This document shows, piece by piece, positions 1 through 10,142 of a DNA stretch of 64,000 bases; within the stretch, counting starts at the first letter, position 1, and each line of letters begins with the position of its first letter. This DNA comes from an uncultured Gemmatimonadaceae bacterium (GTDB lineage: Bacteria; Gemmatimonadota; Gemmatimonadetes; Gemmatimonadales; Gemmatimonadaceae): NCBI GenBank assembly GCA_963781585.1, contig CAWAGQ010000007.1, forward strand, positions 256,001-320,000, written 5' to 3'. The notes under the pieces are model-generated. The model had not been told where the DNA came from and did no database searches. It worked only from the letters and a program-made list of their open reading frames with translations. The position numbers and the translations under genes were made by a program.

Positions 1-504
1 TATTTCGTGAGCGGTATCTCGGGCGCCCTGCTGTCGATGGTGCTCGCGTTCAACGCGCCGATCATCGGTGCGTCGGCGGGCGTGTTCGGCGTGATGCTTG
101 CCTTTGCGTACTTCTGGCCACACGCCCCGATCTACATCTGGGGCATTCTGCCGATTCCGGCACGCATCCTCGTGATCATCACGACGATCTTCTCGCTATG
201 GAGCGGGCTGGGAGGTTCACGCGGCGGGATCGCCGACTTCGCTCATCTGGGCGGATACGCTGGTGCGTATCTCTACCTGCGGTGGCTGCAGCGCGCGGCC
301 GGCGCGCCGCGCCGGCGCGCCGAGCAGGTCGCAAAGGCCGCCGCCCCATCGGTGGCCAACTGGCGCTCGATCGACACCAGGCGGGTGCACGAGATCAACC
401 GCGACGAAGTGAACCGGATCCTCGACAAGATCAATGCTTCGGGGATCGATTCGCTCACCGCGGCGGAACGGACATTCCTCTCGAACTTCGTGCCGCATGA
501 ATAG
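1..504 (+). CDS. Rhomboid-family intramembrane serine protease (5' truncated by window edge)
   Basis: GASAG catalytic Ser motif, AHLGG catalytic His motif, TM helices, C-terminal 'ILDKINASGIDSLT' tail typical of this subfamily. Confidence 0.9.
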   Translation, partial: YFVSGISGALLSMVLAFNAPIIGASAGVFGVMLAFAYFWPHAPIYIWGILPIPARILVIITTIFSLWSGLGGSRGGIADFAHLGGYAGAYLYLRWLQRAAGAPRRRAEQVAKAAAPSVANWRSIDTRRVHEINRDEVNRILDKINASGIDSLTAAERTFLSNFVPHE

Positions 505-582
505 GGAGAGGAGGCCGGAAGTCACAGGCCACAGTACGTTGTGAGCCATGACCGGTTAGCCGTGAGCTTGTGGTTCCGCCCT

Positions 583-1245
583 TCACGCCCCGCTGTGCTG
601 TAGCTCCGACGCCCGCCGCAGCAGCTCCACCACCTCTCCGTCGCTGGTCTCCGAAAAGTCGTCGTACCACATTCCGACGCCGTAGAACGGCTCGGGCGTC
701 GCGGCGCAAATGCAGCGATCCGCGACCTGCCACAGCATCTCGCACGCCTGAGTGGACGCCACCGGTGTTGCCGCGACGACCTCGCGCGGGGTCCTGGTGC
801 GCACCGCGTGCACGGCGGCGAGCATCGATGAGCCGGTGGCCAGTCCGTCGTCGACGAGAATCACGGTGAGCCCGGTGAGGTCCGGGAACGGCCGGGCCCG
901 CCGATAGAGCTGCTCGCGGCGCGCCAGCTCGCGCGATTCCATCTCGACGATGCGCTCGATCTCTGCCTGCTCCACGCCGATTCGTGTGACGGTGTCGCGA
1001 TCGAGGTAGACCAGGCCTCCGCTGGCGATGGCGCCGAGGGCGAACTCCTCGTTCCACGGAGCGCCGATCTTGCGGACCATGAAGACATCGAGCGGCGCAT
1101 GAATCGCGGTCGCCACCTCGAAGGCGACAGGCACGCCGCCGCGAGGCAGCCCGAGCACGATCACGTCCGGGCGACCCCGGTATTCCACGAGGTGCTGCGC
1201 GAGTACCCGCCCAGCCTGTCGCCGGTCGCCGAATAGTTTCATCAT
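583..1245 (-). CDS. Phosphoribosyltransferase-like protein (Rv0571c/Rv2030c N-terminal type)
   Basis: GLPRGGVPVA and VILVDDGLATGS (PRPP-binding loop) motifs. Confidence 0.9.
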   Translation of the reverse strand: MMKLFGDRRQAGRVLAQHLVEYRGRPDVIVLGLPRGGVPVAFEVATAIHAPLDVFMVRKIGAPWNEEFALGAIASGGLVYLDRDTVTRIGVEQAEIERIVEMESRELARREQLYRRARPFPDLTGLTVILVDDGLATGSSMLAAVHAVRTRTPREVVAATPVASTQACEMLWQVADRCICAATPEPFYGVGMWYDDFSETSDGEVVELLRRASELQHSGA

Positions 1246-1554
1246 GCGCCGTCTCCGCGAGTGTGCCGCCGCGGCCCGCTGGTTGATCTCCTGGCACGTA
1301 CACCAACGTCAATGTGCACACCGGTTCCGGTCGCTTCAATCGTGCGGGCCGATGCGGCGACACACAATCAGGGAAGGGCAGGCGTCTGTGGGGGAAAAGC
1401 ACAGCGGAAGAATCCTCACGCAGCGGCGACACTCCCCGGATAGACCATCGGCGCCGGGGCCGGCAGCTTCATCACACGATGCAGAACCGCCTGCCACTCA
1501 CGCGGGTAGGACCAACGTTGTGCCGCGAGCCAGATCCGGATGGAGGAAACGCCC

Positions 1555-2238
1555 ATGATCACCAGGGACACGATTCAGGAATTGCCGGTGCGAATTGGCA
1601 TCGCCGGCAAATCTCTCGACGGCGATCTGTCGATGGTGCCGGATGCGGACGGACTCATCATCTTTGCGCATGGGAGCGGCAGCAGCCGCTTCAGTCCACG
1701 CAATCGCGCCGTGGCGAGCGCGCTGTGGAATGCCGGCTTCGATACGCTACTCCTCGACCTGCTGACGAGAGAAGAGGAGAGCATCGACGTGTTCACGGGA
1801 AGACTCCGCTTCGACATCGGATTGCTTGCCGATCGGGTTGTGGCCGCCGTGGACTACGCCCGCCTCGAGCCGCGGACGCGGGAGCGCCCCATCGGGCTCT
1901 TCGGTGCCAGTACCGGCGCCGCGGCCGCGCTGGTTGCCGCAGCGCATGTGCCGGACTATGTGGGCGCTGTCGTTTCACGCGGAGGGCGTCCCGATCTCGC
2001 GGATGGCTCGCTGGCCAGAGTGCGTGCACCAACGTTGCTTATCGTGGGTGGTGACGACACCGAGGTGATCACGATGAATCGGGAGGCGCTTGGCCACCTG
2101 CGATGCGAGAAGCAGCTCACGGTGGTGCCGGGGGCCACGCATCTCTTCGAGGAGGCCGGTGCACTCGAAACGGTGTCGACCCTCGCCGCGCAATGGTTCG
2201 AGCGTTACCTCGCGCCCAGGATCGTGCGTCCGGCGTAG
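1555..2238 (+). CDS. Dienelactone hydrolase-family alpha/beta hydrolase
   Basis: HGSGSSRFSPRN, GASTG nucleophile elbow, GATHLFEE; RBS GGAGG upstream of ATG 1555. Confidence 0.85.
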   Translation: MITRDTIQELPVRIGIAGKSLDGDLSMVPDADGLIIFAHGSGSSRFSPRNRAVASALWNAGFDTLLLDLLTREEESIDVFTGRLRFDIGLLADRVVAAVDYARLEPRTRERPIGLFGASTGAAAALVAAAHVPDYVGAVVSRGGRPDLADGSLARVRAPTLLIVGGDDTEVITMNREALGHLRCEKQLTVVPGATHLFEEAGALETVSTLAAQWFERYLAPRIVRPA

Positions 2239-2275
2239 CCACAAAAAAGGCGAGGAGCGGGCGCTCCGCCTCTAG

Positions 2276-3492
2276 GGAAGCTCTGCACAGGGTGCTGCGT
2301 GGACGGCATGCATGAGTGATCGACTGGTTAGGCGGATAACAGGGTTGGGGCGACGCCCGGTTCGGATCGGTCCCGACCATCGGTTGGCGTGCGGCGGCTC
2401 CGTCGCGAGTGCGCGGGAGGTCTTACGTCAGGCATGGGCGGAATCCTCGGGGGAGCAAGCGGCGCCGCATCCGATAGAGATTGGCCAACCCGAACATGGT
2501 GTACGCACGCGCCGCATTCTTCGCGAGACCGCGGTACCGCACTTTCATGAAGCCCCAGAGGTATTTCACCACCTGAAAGGGATGCTCCCCGAGGGCCCGG
2601 CACTGGGACCGCGTCCGGTTGACTGCCTTCTGGTGCGGGGTCAGCGGGTGTGTCGTCGTGCCGCGCCGGTTCACCCGATAGGTCCCACCTGAGAGCTGCC
2701 ACTGCTGGCGATGATCTTCCTTCCAATAGGCTTGATCCCCGTAGACCACCCGCTCCGTCCCGAGCAGCAAGGCCGGCAGTTGGGTGATATCCGCCACCGC
2801 GGCATCCGTCGCGATCACGTGGTGCACCACCCCGTGCGTGTCGGTCCCCACGTGGAGTTTCATCCCGAAGTGCCACGACTTGCCCTTCCGGGTCTGGCGC
2901 ATCTCGGGATCCCGCGCCTTGTCGGCGTTCTTCGTCGACCCCGGCGCCGCGATGATCGTCGCATCCACGATCGTCCCCGCCTTCAAGAGCAACCGTTTCT
3001 CCGCCAACAGCGCGCGGATCTCGGCGAAGATCGCTTCCGTGAGCTGATGCCGCTCCAAGAGGTGCCGGAACCGCAGGATGGTGGTCTCGTCCGGGATCAC
3101 GTCCTCGCCCAACTCCACCCCGGCGAAGCGCCGCATCGACTCACTATCATAGATGGTGTCCTCGGCCTGCGGATCGGACAAGTTGAACCACTGCTGCAGA
3201 AAGTAGACGCGCAACATCCGCTCCAGCCCGATCGGCTGCCGGCCGTTGCCGGCCTTCGGGTAATGCGGGGCAATCACCGCGAGCAGCCGCTGCCAGGGGA
3301 TGACGGCGTCCATCTCCGCAAGAAAGCGTTCGCGCCGCGTCACCCGTCCCTTCATACTCCACGCCATCGACGCCAAGGTCCGCTGCTGTCCCATGGGAAG
3401 GCCTCCGATACGGGAACCAACCGGTCAGGAGATCACGCCTCGCCTAACGAGACAGCAATATAGCATCATTCCTTCACTTGTGCAGAGTTTCC
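2276..3492 (-). mobile_element. IS5-family insertion sequence, 1217 bp, apparently intact
   Basis: Terminal inverted repeats GGAAGCTCTGCACA (2276-2289) and TGTGCAGAGTTTCC (3479-3492), 13/14 match; CTAG target duplication at 2272-2275 and 3493-3496; single transposase ORF. Confidence 0.95.
2423..3394 (-). CDS. IS5-family DDE transposase
   Basis: RRERFLAEMD, LQQWFNLSD, IVDATII, HFGMKLHVG, YGDQAY, KVRYRGLAKN motifs. Confidence 0.95.
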   Translation of the reverse strand: MGQQRTLASMAWSMKGRVTRRERFLAEMDAVIPWQRLLAVIAPHYPKAGNGRQPIGLERMLRVYFLQQWFNLSDPQAEDTIYDSESMRRFAGVELGEDVIPDETTILRFRHLLERHQLTEAIFAEIRALLAEKRLLLKAGTIVDATIIAAPGSTKNADKARDPEMRQTRKGKSWHFGMKLHVGTDTHGVVHHVIATDAAVADITQLPALLLGTERVVYGDQAYWKEDHRQQWQLSGGTYRVNRRGTTTHPLTPHQKAVNRTRSQCRALGEHPFQVVKYLWGFMKVRYRGLAKNAARAYTMFGLANLYRMRRRLLPRGFRPCLT

Positions 3493-3849
3493 CTAGGAGT
3501 GGCCAGCTACCTCACTCGGCATGCACGCCTTCCCGCCTTCGGCGCGCTGCCCCCGGCTGGCACGGCTTGGGGGCTGCATTCGCGGAGCGCCCGCTCCTCG
3601 AATCAAGCGAATCTCGCAGCACGGCGGGGATCGCGAAGTCCTCCAGGCCCCCCGGTTTCTGTCAGGGAGTCGCCGCATTGGTTAGCTTCCGGTTCTCGCC
3701 TGGCCCGCGTTTCGGCCCTGGAAGACGCATCCTTCAGCCCCTTTGGGAGCGCCTGACCTGCTGAGGGTAGTTTGCCTACAGACGCACTGCACGGCCGCCG
3801 GTAGGCTGCGTTTGTCAAGGCGAGACGTCGTCTACGGAGAGGAGGTCAT

Positions 3850-4461
3850 ATGATCAGAATCCGCGACATCATGACCAGGGAAGTGGTCAGCGTCAGTCCC
3901 GACCTTTGCATTCGGGACGCCATGGACCTGCTCTCCTCACGGCATCTGAGTGGCGTCCCTGTGCTGGAGGGGCGTGAGGTGGCAGGTGTGGTGACCGGCA
4001 CCGATCTGATGGCCTTCGCCGCGGGACTTCCCGGCACGCCGGTGGAAAGGGAGGTGTTCGAGGAGGCGGAGGAGGAAGAGGACGCCTCGAGCGAGATGGA
4101 CGAAGACGACGTGGAATCCAGTGGCTCGTATTTCACGGAGATGTGGTCTGATGCCGGGGCTGACGTGGACGTCCGGTTCGCCAACGTGTCGGGACCAGAG
4201 TGGAATGCTCTGGATGAGCACACGGTCTCTGAGGCGATGACCCGCTCGCCGATCATCAAGCTGCCGCCCGATACGCCGGTTGAGGCCGCCGCCGCGTTCA
4301 TGAAGGAGCACGGCGTGCACCGGGTGCTGGTCACCGACGGGCCGACGTTGCTCGGCGTCGTGACGGTAACGGACGTGTCGAACGCGGTGGCCGAGCACAA
4401 GCTCACCAGTCGCACGTACGTGTTCGGCAAGGACCGCCGGTTCGACAACCGGGGATGGTGA
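3850..4461 (+). CDS. CBS domain pair protein with acidic insert
   Basis: Two CBS repeats (DIMTREVVSVSPD; EAMTRSPIIKLPPD...GVVTVTDV); RBS GAGGAGG. Confidence 0.85.
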   Translation: MIRIRDIMTREVVSVSPDLCIRDAMDLLSSRHLSGVPVLEGREVAGVVTGTDLMAFAAGLPGTPVEREVFEEAEEEEDASSEMDEDDVESSGSYFTEMWSDAGADVDVRFANVSGPEWNALDEHTVSEAMTRSPIIKLPPDTPVEAAAAFMKEHGVHRVLVTDGPTLLGVVTVTDVSNAVAEHKLTSRTYVFGKDRRFDNRGW

Positions 4462-4464
4462 CGC

Positions 4465-4941
4465 TCACGACACTGGGTGCTGGTGGCTCGCCGCAGAAAC
4501 AGCCGGGTCCCCGTGACGTCGTCTGCGCCGGTGAACCGGTCGCGGCCCGACGACAACGCGAGGCCGCAGGCGCTCGATGACGTCTGCCTCCCGCAGCATG
4601 CCCAGCAGCTCCCCCTCACGGGTGACGACGGGAATCCGCCGTACGTCGGCCGCTTCCATCTTCCGCCACGCGTCGCCGATGCTGTCGTCAGGACTCACCG
4701 TATGCAGAGGTGCCGGCGTCATGTGGTCGCGCGTCAGGCATCCCGGTAGATGCCGTCTCGCGACGCAGCGTGCGGCGATGTCGCGCGCCGTGATGATGCC
4801 GACCAGCACCGGATGCTCCCGATCGAGCACTACCGGCACGCAGGCGTCGGTGTCGTAGTGCATGACCTCCGCCGCGCTCGCCACCAGGTCGTCTGGGGTC
4901 ACAACGAACGGGTACCGCTTCATGATATCGCGGGCTTTCAT
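4465..4941 (-). CDS. CBS domain protein (Hrp1/Rv2626c-like)
   Basis: MKARDIM...LVGIITARDI...VRRIPVV; start taken at ATG 4941 after RBS GGAGG. Confidence 0.8.
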   Translation of the reverse strand: MKARDIMKRYPFVVTPDDLVASAAEVMHYDTDACVPVVLDREHPVLVGIITARDIAARCVARRHLPGCLTRDHMTPAPLHTVSPDDSIGDAWRKMEAADVRRIPVVTREGELLGMLREADVIERLRPRVVVGPRPVHRRRRRHGDPAVSAASHQHPVS

Positions 4942-5242
4942 GACCCACCTCCCGCACGGACAACGGTCCGCACCCTGACATGATGCAGCCCCTGGCGCTG
5001 CCCAGCAATCGGGGAATGTACGGAGCGTTGCTGACGAACCGCTGATGCAGCGGAACGATCGCGATCTCCTTCCGTGAACGCGTGCGTTCTCCCTGACGCG
5101 TCGGGGTGCTTGGTCCGACAGACAAAGGACACTGGCGCGTTGCACCTTGACTCCGCATGAAGGGGGCCGGGCCCCACCGTCGCGCCGCGGCGGTGACCTA
5201 ACGCCCGGCCCGGAGCCGAGCCTGGACTGGCCAGGAGGAACG

Positions 5243-5899
5243 ATGAAAACCGATTCGCAACTCAGACAGGATGTCGTCGATGAGCTCCGGTGGGAGCCCA
5301 GCATCAACGAGAAGGCGATTGGCGTGGCCGCGAAGGACGGGATAGTCACGCTCGCCGGGTTTGTCGACAATTACGCTCAGAAATTCGCGGCCGAGCGGGC
5401 CACCGAGCGGGTCAGTGGCGTACGAGCGCTGGCCGATGACCTCACGGTGAAGATTCCGAACGCACTGCAGCGCTCTGATACCGATATCGCCGCGGCCGCC
5501 ATCAAGGCGCTCGACTGGGATATCGAAGTGCCCGACAAGAACGTGAAGGTGCGAGTGGAGAATGGCTGGGTGTGGCTGGACGGGAACGTGGAGTGGCAAT
5601 TCGAGAAGACGGCGGCGGAACGGGCAGTCCGCTACCTCATGGGGGTGAAGGGCGTTACCAACATGATCCGTCTGATGCCCAAGGCGGCTTCCCCGGTCGA
5701 GGTGAGCACCAAGATCAAGGACGCGCTGCGTCGCACCGCCGAGTTCGATGCCGGCCGGATCGAGGTCGAGGCGCTGAACGGCAAGGTGACGCTGCGCGGC
5801 GCCGTGCGATCGTTCGCGGAGCGGGAGGATGCGGAGAGGGCTGCGTGGGCGGCGCCGGGAGTGACTGCGGTCGAGGACAAGCTGATGGTGGGTGTGTAG
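5243..5899 (+). CDS. BON domain protein (three BON repeats, OsmY-like)
   Basis: Repeated GIVTLAG / GWVWLDG / GKVTLRG ... GV motifs; RBS AGGAGG. Confidence 0.9.
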   Translation: MKTDSQLRQDVVDELRWEPSINEKAIGVAAKDGIVTLAGFVDNYAQKFAAERATERVSGVRALADDLTVKIPNALQRSDTDIAAAAIKALDWDIEVPDKNVKVRVENGWVWLDGNVEWQFEKTAAERAVRYLMGVKGVTNMIRLMPKAASPVEVSTKIKDALRRTAEFDAGRIEVEALNGKVTLRGAVRSFAEREDAERAAWAAPGVTAVEDKLMVGV

Positions 5900-6004
5900 C
5901 GACGGTCTGTCGCCTCACGTGAGGCGCTGCCGATTGGCTGCAAACGCGGGTCGGCGGGGGAGAGGCGGAACGCCATCGGAGGAAGGCTCCGACGCTGGAG
6001 CCGG

Positions 6005-6033
6005 GGGGGGTGCGCTCATCGTGCGCACCCCCC
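6005..6033. terminator. GC-rich hairpin between convergent genes, possible terminator
   Basis: GGGGGGTGCGC-7 nt-GCGCACCCCCC; no clear U-tract. Confidence 0.4.
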
Positions 6034-6188
6034 TCGCGCGTCAGGTGTTGCGACCGGGCGAGGCGTGTGTATGGACGACGGTGGGTCCGAGGGGCACGGA
6101 CAGACGACGGCCTGCCCGACCTGTGCGTTGCTCCACGAATCGACGAGACAGGCGGCGAAGACGGGCCTGACCGACTCACTTACTCGCG

Positions 6189-7452
6189 CTAATCGTCGCG
6201 CAGCACCGTGACCGGATCCACGCGCGCTGCGCGCAACGCCCAGCGCCAGTCGGATGGCAATCTCGCGTCGGCGTCGCAGGGCCCGGATGAGCAGGAGGTT
6301 CGCAACGTTCGCGCAGGTGATCAGCAGCAGCGCGAGAGCAACGCCCGCCAGCCTGAGCGCGATGGACAAGTCCTGCGGCACCGTCCCAGGCCCACGATTG
6401 GCGATGACGGAACCCAGGCGGAGTGGCCGAACGGAATCGGCTGGCGACTCCCGGTAGTAGCCGGCCCGATATGCCGCCGCGATGCGTGGAGCGAGGTGCG
6501 CGTCCGTCACGCCGTCATTCGCCCGAATGAGTATCGGGAGGTGGATGTCCTGCGTGCGGTACCAGGGGACTCCGTCGTGTCCGTGAACACTCGCCGCACT
6601 CAAGGGCATCCAGAGGTCGACTGCCGGCGCATCGAGTCCGACAAACCCGCGTGGTGCGACTCCGATCACCGTGTACGGGGCATTCGCAACCCGGATGCTC
6701 CGCCCCACGACACCAGGATCCCCGCCGAACGCGCGCTTCCAGAACGCGAAGCTCAATACGGCAACCGGACTCGGGGCCGCGACGTCGTCCTCGTCTGGTG
6801 TGAAGAAGCGGCCAATGGCCGGACGTTCAACCAGCAACGGGAGATACCCGGCGGTGACGAACTGTCTGTAGACGGGCACGTCACCGCCGGTGTGCGCCAC
6901 GGCTGTCGACTCGGGATACAGTTGCGTGGCCACGCGGGCCGCTCCGCGCACGCCGTCGCGGATGCCCACGAAGTCCGGATAGCTGAAGATCGCGTTGAAG
7001 GTCGTGCCACCGGACCACTGTCGGGGATAGGCCACCCACAATCGATGGACCTGTTCCGGGGCGACGACACCCTCGGGCGGCAGGAGCAGCAGGCGAGCGA
7101 CGACGCTGTAGATCGCCGCGTTGGCGCCGATGCCGAGTGCGAAGGTCGCGACGACTATCGCCGCAAGACCCGGCGCGCGACGCACTCCTCGCCACGCGAA
7201 GGTCAGGTCCTGCCGCAGGCGGTCGCTGATGGCGAATCCCGCTGCCTGCCGCGTCTGCTCCTGATATGCGGACTGGTTGCCGAACCTGCGACGCGCGGCG
7301 AACACCGCCTCGTCAGGGGCGGCGCCGGCGTGCGCCTGTTGCATTGCCTCGAGCGCGCGATGGAACCGTTGCTCCTCGGCCATCTCCCGCGCGTACATGT
7401 CGCCGCGCATGAGTACGAGGAGCCGATGACGCAGGCCATGGAGAAGCGACAC
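6189..7452 (-). pseudogene. ADOP/MacB-FtsX-type orphan ABC permease with internal deletion
   Basis: N-terminal half (ARRRFGN, LGIGANAAIYS, CANVANLLL, RRREIAIRLALG) runs directly into the family C-terminus ALRAARVDPVTVLRDD* in another frame; the second half is missing. Confidence 0.8.
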
Positions 7453-7467
7453 GGAGCGACGCCTCAC

Positions 7468-7530
7468 ATGGACAGAGTATTCGTAATATGAAGTCCATCT
7501 ACCTATATGGGGGCCGCGTCCCGGGGTCAA
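7468..7530 (-). promoter_or_regulatory. Sigma70-like promoter with downstream AT-rich inverted repeat (candidate operator)
   Basis: TTGACC (7530-7525)-17 nt-TATAGG (7507-7502); ATGGAC...TATT-CGT-AATA...GTCCAT at 7468-7498. Confidence 0.5.
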
Positions 7531-7623
7531 GACCGCGGCCTCTGGCCGGGTGGCGGCAGCTACGTTCTCGGCCCAAAGAGCCACGCGCGTCGATCCGCTG
7601 GTCCCCTTCCGGGAGGGGTGAGG

Positions 7624-10119
7624 TCAGGTATCCGTCCGCAGCACGGTCATCGGGCTCACCCGGGTCGCCTTCCACGACGGCAACGCCGCCGCGCCGATGG
7701 TGACGGCGAGGAGCATCGCGGCCGCGATCGCCGCGCTGGCCGGCTCGCGCGCGGGAATCTGGAACAGCACGGCCTGGGCGAGCGGGGCCGCCGCTTCCGC
7801 GATCACCAGCCCGATCAGCACCCCCGCCCCCGCCATGCGCAAGGCGTCGCCCACCACCAGTCGCGCCACCGCGCGGCTCCCGCTGCCTAACGCGATACGC
7901 ACGCCGATCTCAGGGGTGCGCTGCCTGACGAGATACGACACCGCGGCAAACAGGCCGACGGCCGCGATCCCGAGCGCCAGCACCCCGAACACCGAGAACA
8001 GCGTCGCCCCCAGACGCCACGACCGGAGTTGCGGATCGATCAGGTCCTGGTACGGACGCACCCGCGCGTACAGCGGCACGCGACCGGTGCTCTGGACGAT
8101 CCGCTGCACGGGCAGCGTCAGCCGGTCGGGCAGGCCGCGGGTCTCGACCAGCAGAGCGTGCACCATCGACGGATCGGGACCGGGCGATGACGGAAGCTGC
8201 TCGAAGGGGACATAGTACTGCATCAACCTGTCCTCGCCACCGCCGGCCCGTAGCGATCGCGCCCGCGAATCGCGCACCACGCCGACGACCTGCCGGCAGG
8301 GAAGTGATGCCGCCGCCGCCATCGGGTCGCCCTCGAACGAGGCCCCGTACCCCGCGCGCACACAGCGCCCGATCGGGCTCTCTCCGGGCCACGCCGTGCG
8401 TGCCATCGTCTCGTTGACCAGGACCACCGGTGGTGCGCCGCGTCCGTCGGCATCGGTAATGAGCCGTCCCTCGATCAACCGGACCCCCATCATCGCGAGG
8501 TACTTCGCGGTGGCGCCGTACATGATCGGGAGTTGCTGTACGTTCGGTGGCGGCAGCACGTACCCGGGAATGTTGATGGGCGGAATGTGGTGCGATGAGA
8601 ACGGCATCCCCTGCACGACGGTCGCCGCGGCCACGCCGGGCACCGCCTCGATCCGCCCGACCGCGTCTTGGTACGCCGCATCGCTCTCGACGCCGTGGAG
8701 CTGCCCGCGGAAATCCAGCGTGACGTACAACAGATGCGCCGTGGAAAAACCAAGGTCCTGCGATCGCACCCGCTGCAGACTCCGCACGAACAGCGCCGCT
8801 CCCACGAGCAGGACCATGCTCAGCGCCAGCTGCACCACGATCAGCAGGCGCTGGAGCACGAATCGGCCCGACGATCCGTGCCCTCCGCCGGCGCGCAGAT
8901 CGGCCAGCACGTCGTGCCGGCCGATCTGCGCAAGCGGGCCCACACCCGCGAGGATCCCCGCGCCGCAGGCCGTGAGAATCGACACCCCCAGCATCCCCCG
9001 GCTCGCCATCGACGCAGACAGCGCCAAATTGGGCAGCAACGTGACCCGGACCACCTGGTCGAACCAGCGGCCCAGTACCAGACCCGCGACCGCACCGGCC
9101 ACCGCCAGCAGCACGCTCTCGACCAGCGCCTGCCTGACGAGATGCCCGCGGCCGGCGGCGAGTGCGAGGCGCACCGCCTGATCGCGCCGCTTGCGCGCCG
9201 CACGAAGCTGGAGCAGCGTGCCGACGTTGGCGGTGGCGATGAGCAACACGACCAGCGACACCCCGGAGAGCCAGAGGGCAATCTGTCCCTGGGCAGACTG
9301 CCGCGCTTCCCGGCCCGGGACGACGGATTCCAGCGGCACCGCTGAGAGATTGTCGTTCACCAGGCCCGTGGCATCGGCGCGCAGCGTTGAGGCGACCATC
9401 GCCCCGGCGGCAGGCGCGGTGACGCCCTGACGCAGACGCCCCACGACCGACACCACGTGCATGCCCGGGTTGCTCCACCAGAACGCATCGTGCGAGCGAG
9501 ATGCGGTGGTCAAGGGGACGAACAGGTCGACCGGAGCGAGGTCGGTACCGGTGAAGCCGCGCGGGGTCACGCCCACGACCGTCAGCGTCTGCCCGTCCAC
9601 AACGAGATGAGTCCCGATCGCCGCGACGTCGCCCCCGAACCGGCGCTGCCAGTACGCATAACTGACCACGACGACGTCGTTGCCGCTGGGGAACTCGTCG
9701 TCCGAGGGACCGAGCAGACGTCCGGCCGCGGGACTGACGCCAAGCATGGCGAAATAGCGTCCCGACGTCTCTACCACGGCAACCTCGGCAAGGTCGGCGC
9801 CGACGCCAACCGTCAGTGTGTCCGCGCGCACCGCCGCCACGGCGTCGAACGCCGCGGCGGTGGTGACCGCCTGAAAGAGCGGATACGATGTGGTGGAAAG
9901 CGTGTACGGCGGTCCGTCTTCAGCTTTGAACGTGAGCGAGAGACGCACCACGCGCTCGGGGTCGCGGATGCCGGGCGGCGATGCAAACATCAGTTGATCG
10001 ACCAGCCCGAACATGGACGTATTCGCGCCGATGGCGAGCGCGAACGTGAGCACGGTTCCGGCCACGAAAGCCGGTTCGCGCCGGAACGCGCGCAGGGCGA
10101 ATCGCAAGTCGCGCAGCAT
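7624..10119 (-). CDS. ADOP-family duplicated orphan ABC permease (MacB/FtsX domains)
   Basis: MLRDLRFALR, LAIGANTSMF, VQLALSMVLLVGAALF, RTPEIGVRIALG, RVSPMTVLRTD. Confidence 0.9.
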   Translation of the reverse strand: MLRDLRFALRAFRREPAFVAGTVLTFALAIGANTSMFGLVDQLMFASPPGIRDPERVVRLSLTFKAEDGPPYTLSTTSYPLFQAVTTAAAFDAVAAVRADTLTVGVGADLAEVAVVETSGRYFAMLGVSPAAGRLLGPSDDEFPSGNDVVVVSYAYWQRRFGGDVAAIGTHLVVDGQTLTVVGVTPRGFTGTDLAPVDLFVPLTTASRSHDAFWWSNPGMHVVSVVGRLRQGVTAPAAGAMVASTLRADATGLVNDNLSAVPLESVVPGREARQSAQGQIALWLSGVSLVVLLIATANVGTLLQLRAARKRRDQAVRLALAAGRGHLVRQALVESVLLAVAGAVAGLVLGRWFDQVVRVTLLPNLALSASMASRGMLGVSILTACGAGILAGVGPLAQIGRHDVLADLRAGGGHGSSGRFVLQRLLIVVQLALSMVLLVGAALFVRSLQRVRSQDLGFSTAHLLYVTLDFRGQLHGVESDAAYQDAVGRIEAVPGVAAATVVQGMPFSSHHIPPINIPGYVLPPPNVQQLPIMYGATAKYLAMMGVRLIEGRLITDADGRGAPPVVLVNETMARTAWPGESPIGRCVRAGYGASFEGDPMAAAASLPCRQVVGVVRDSRARSLRAGGGEDRLMQYYVPFEQLPSSPGPDPSMVHALLVETRGLPDRLTLPVQRIVQSTGRVPLYARVRPYQDLIDPQLRSWRLGATLFSVFGVLALGIAAVGLFAAVSYLVRQRTPEIGVRIALGSGSRAVARLVVGDALRMAGAGVLIGLVIAEAAAPLAQAVLFQIPAREPASAAIAAAMLLAVTIGAAALPSWKATRVSPMTVLRTDT

Positions 10120-10142
10120 GACGCCCGCCAGGCGCGGACCCG

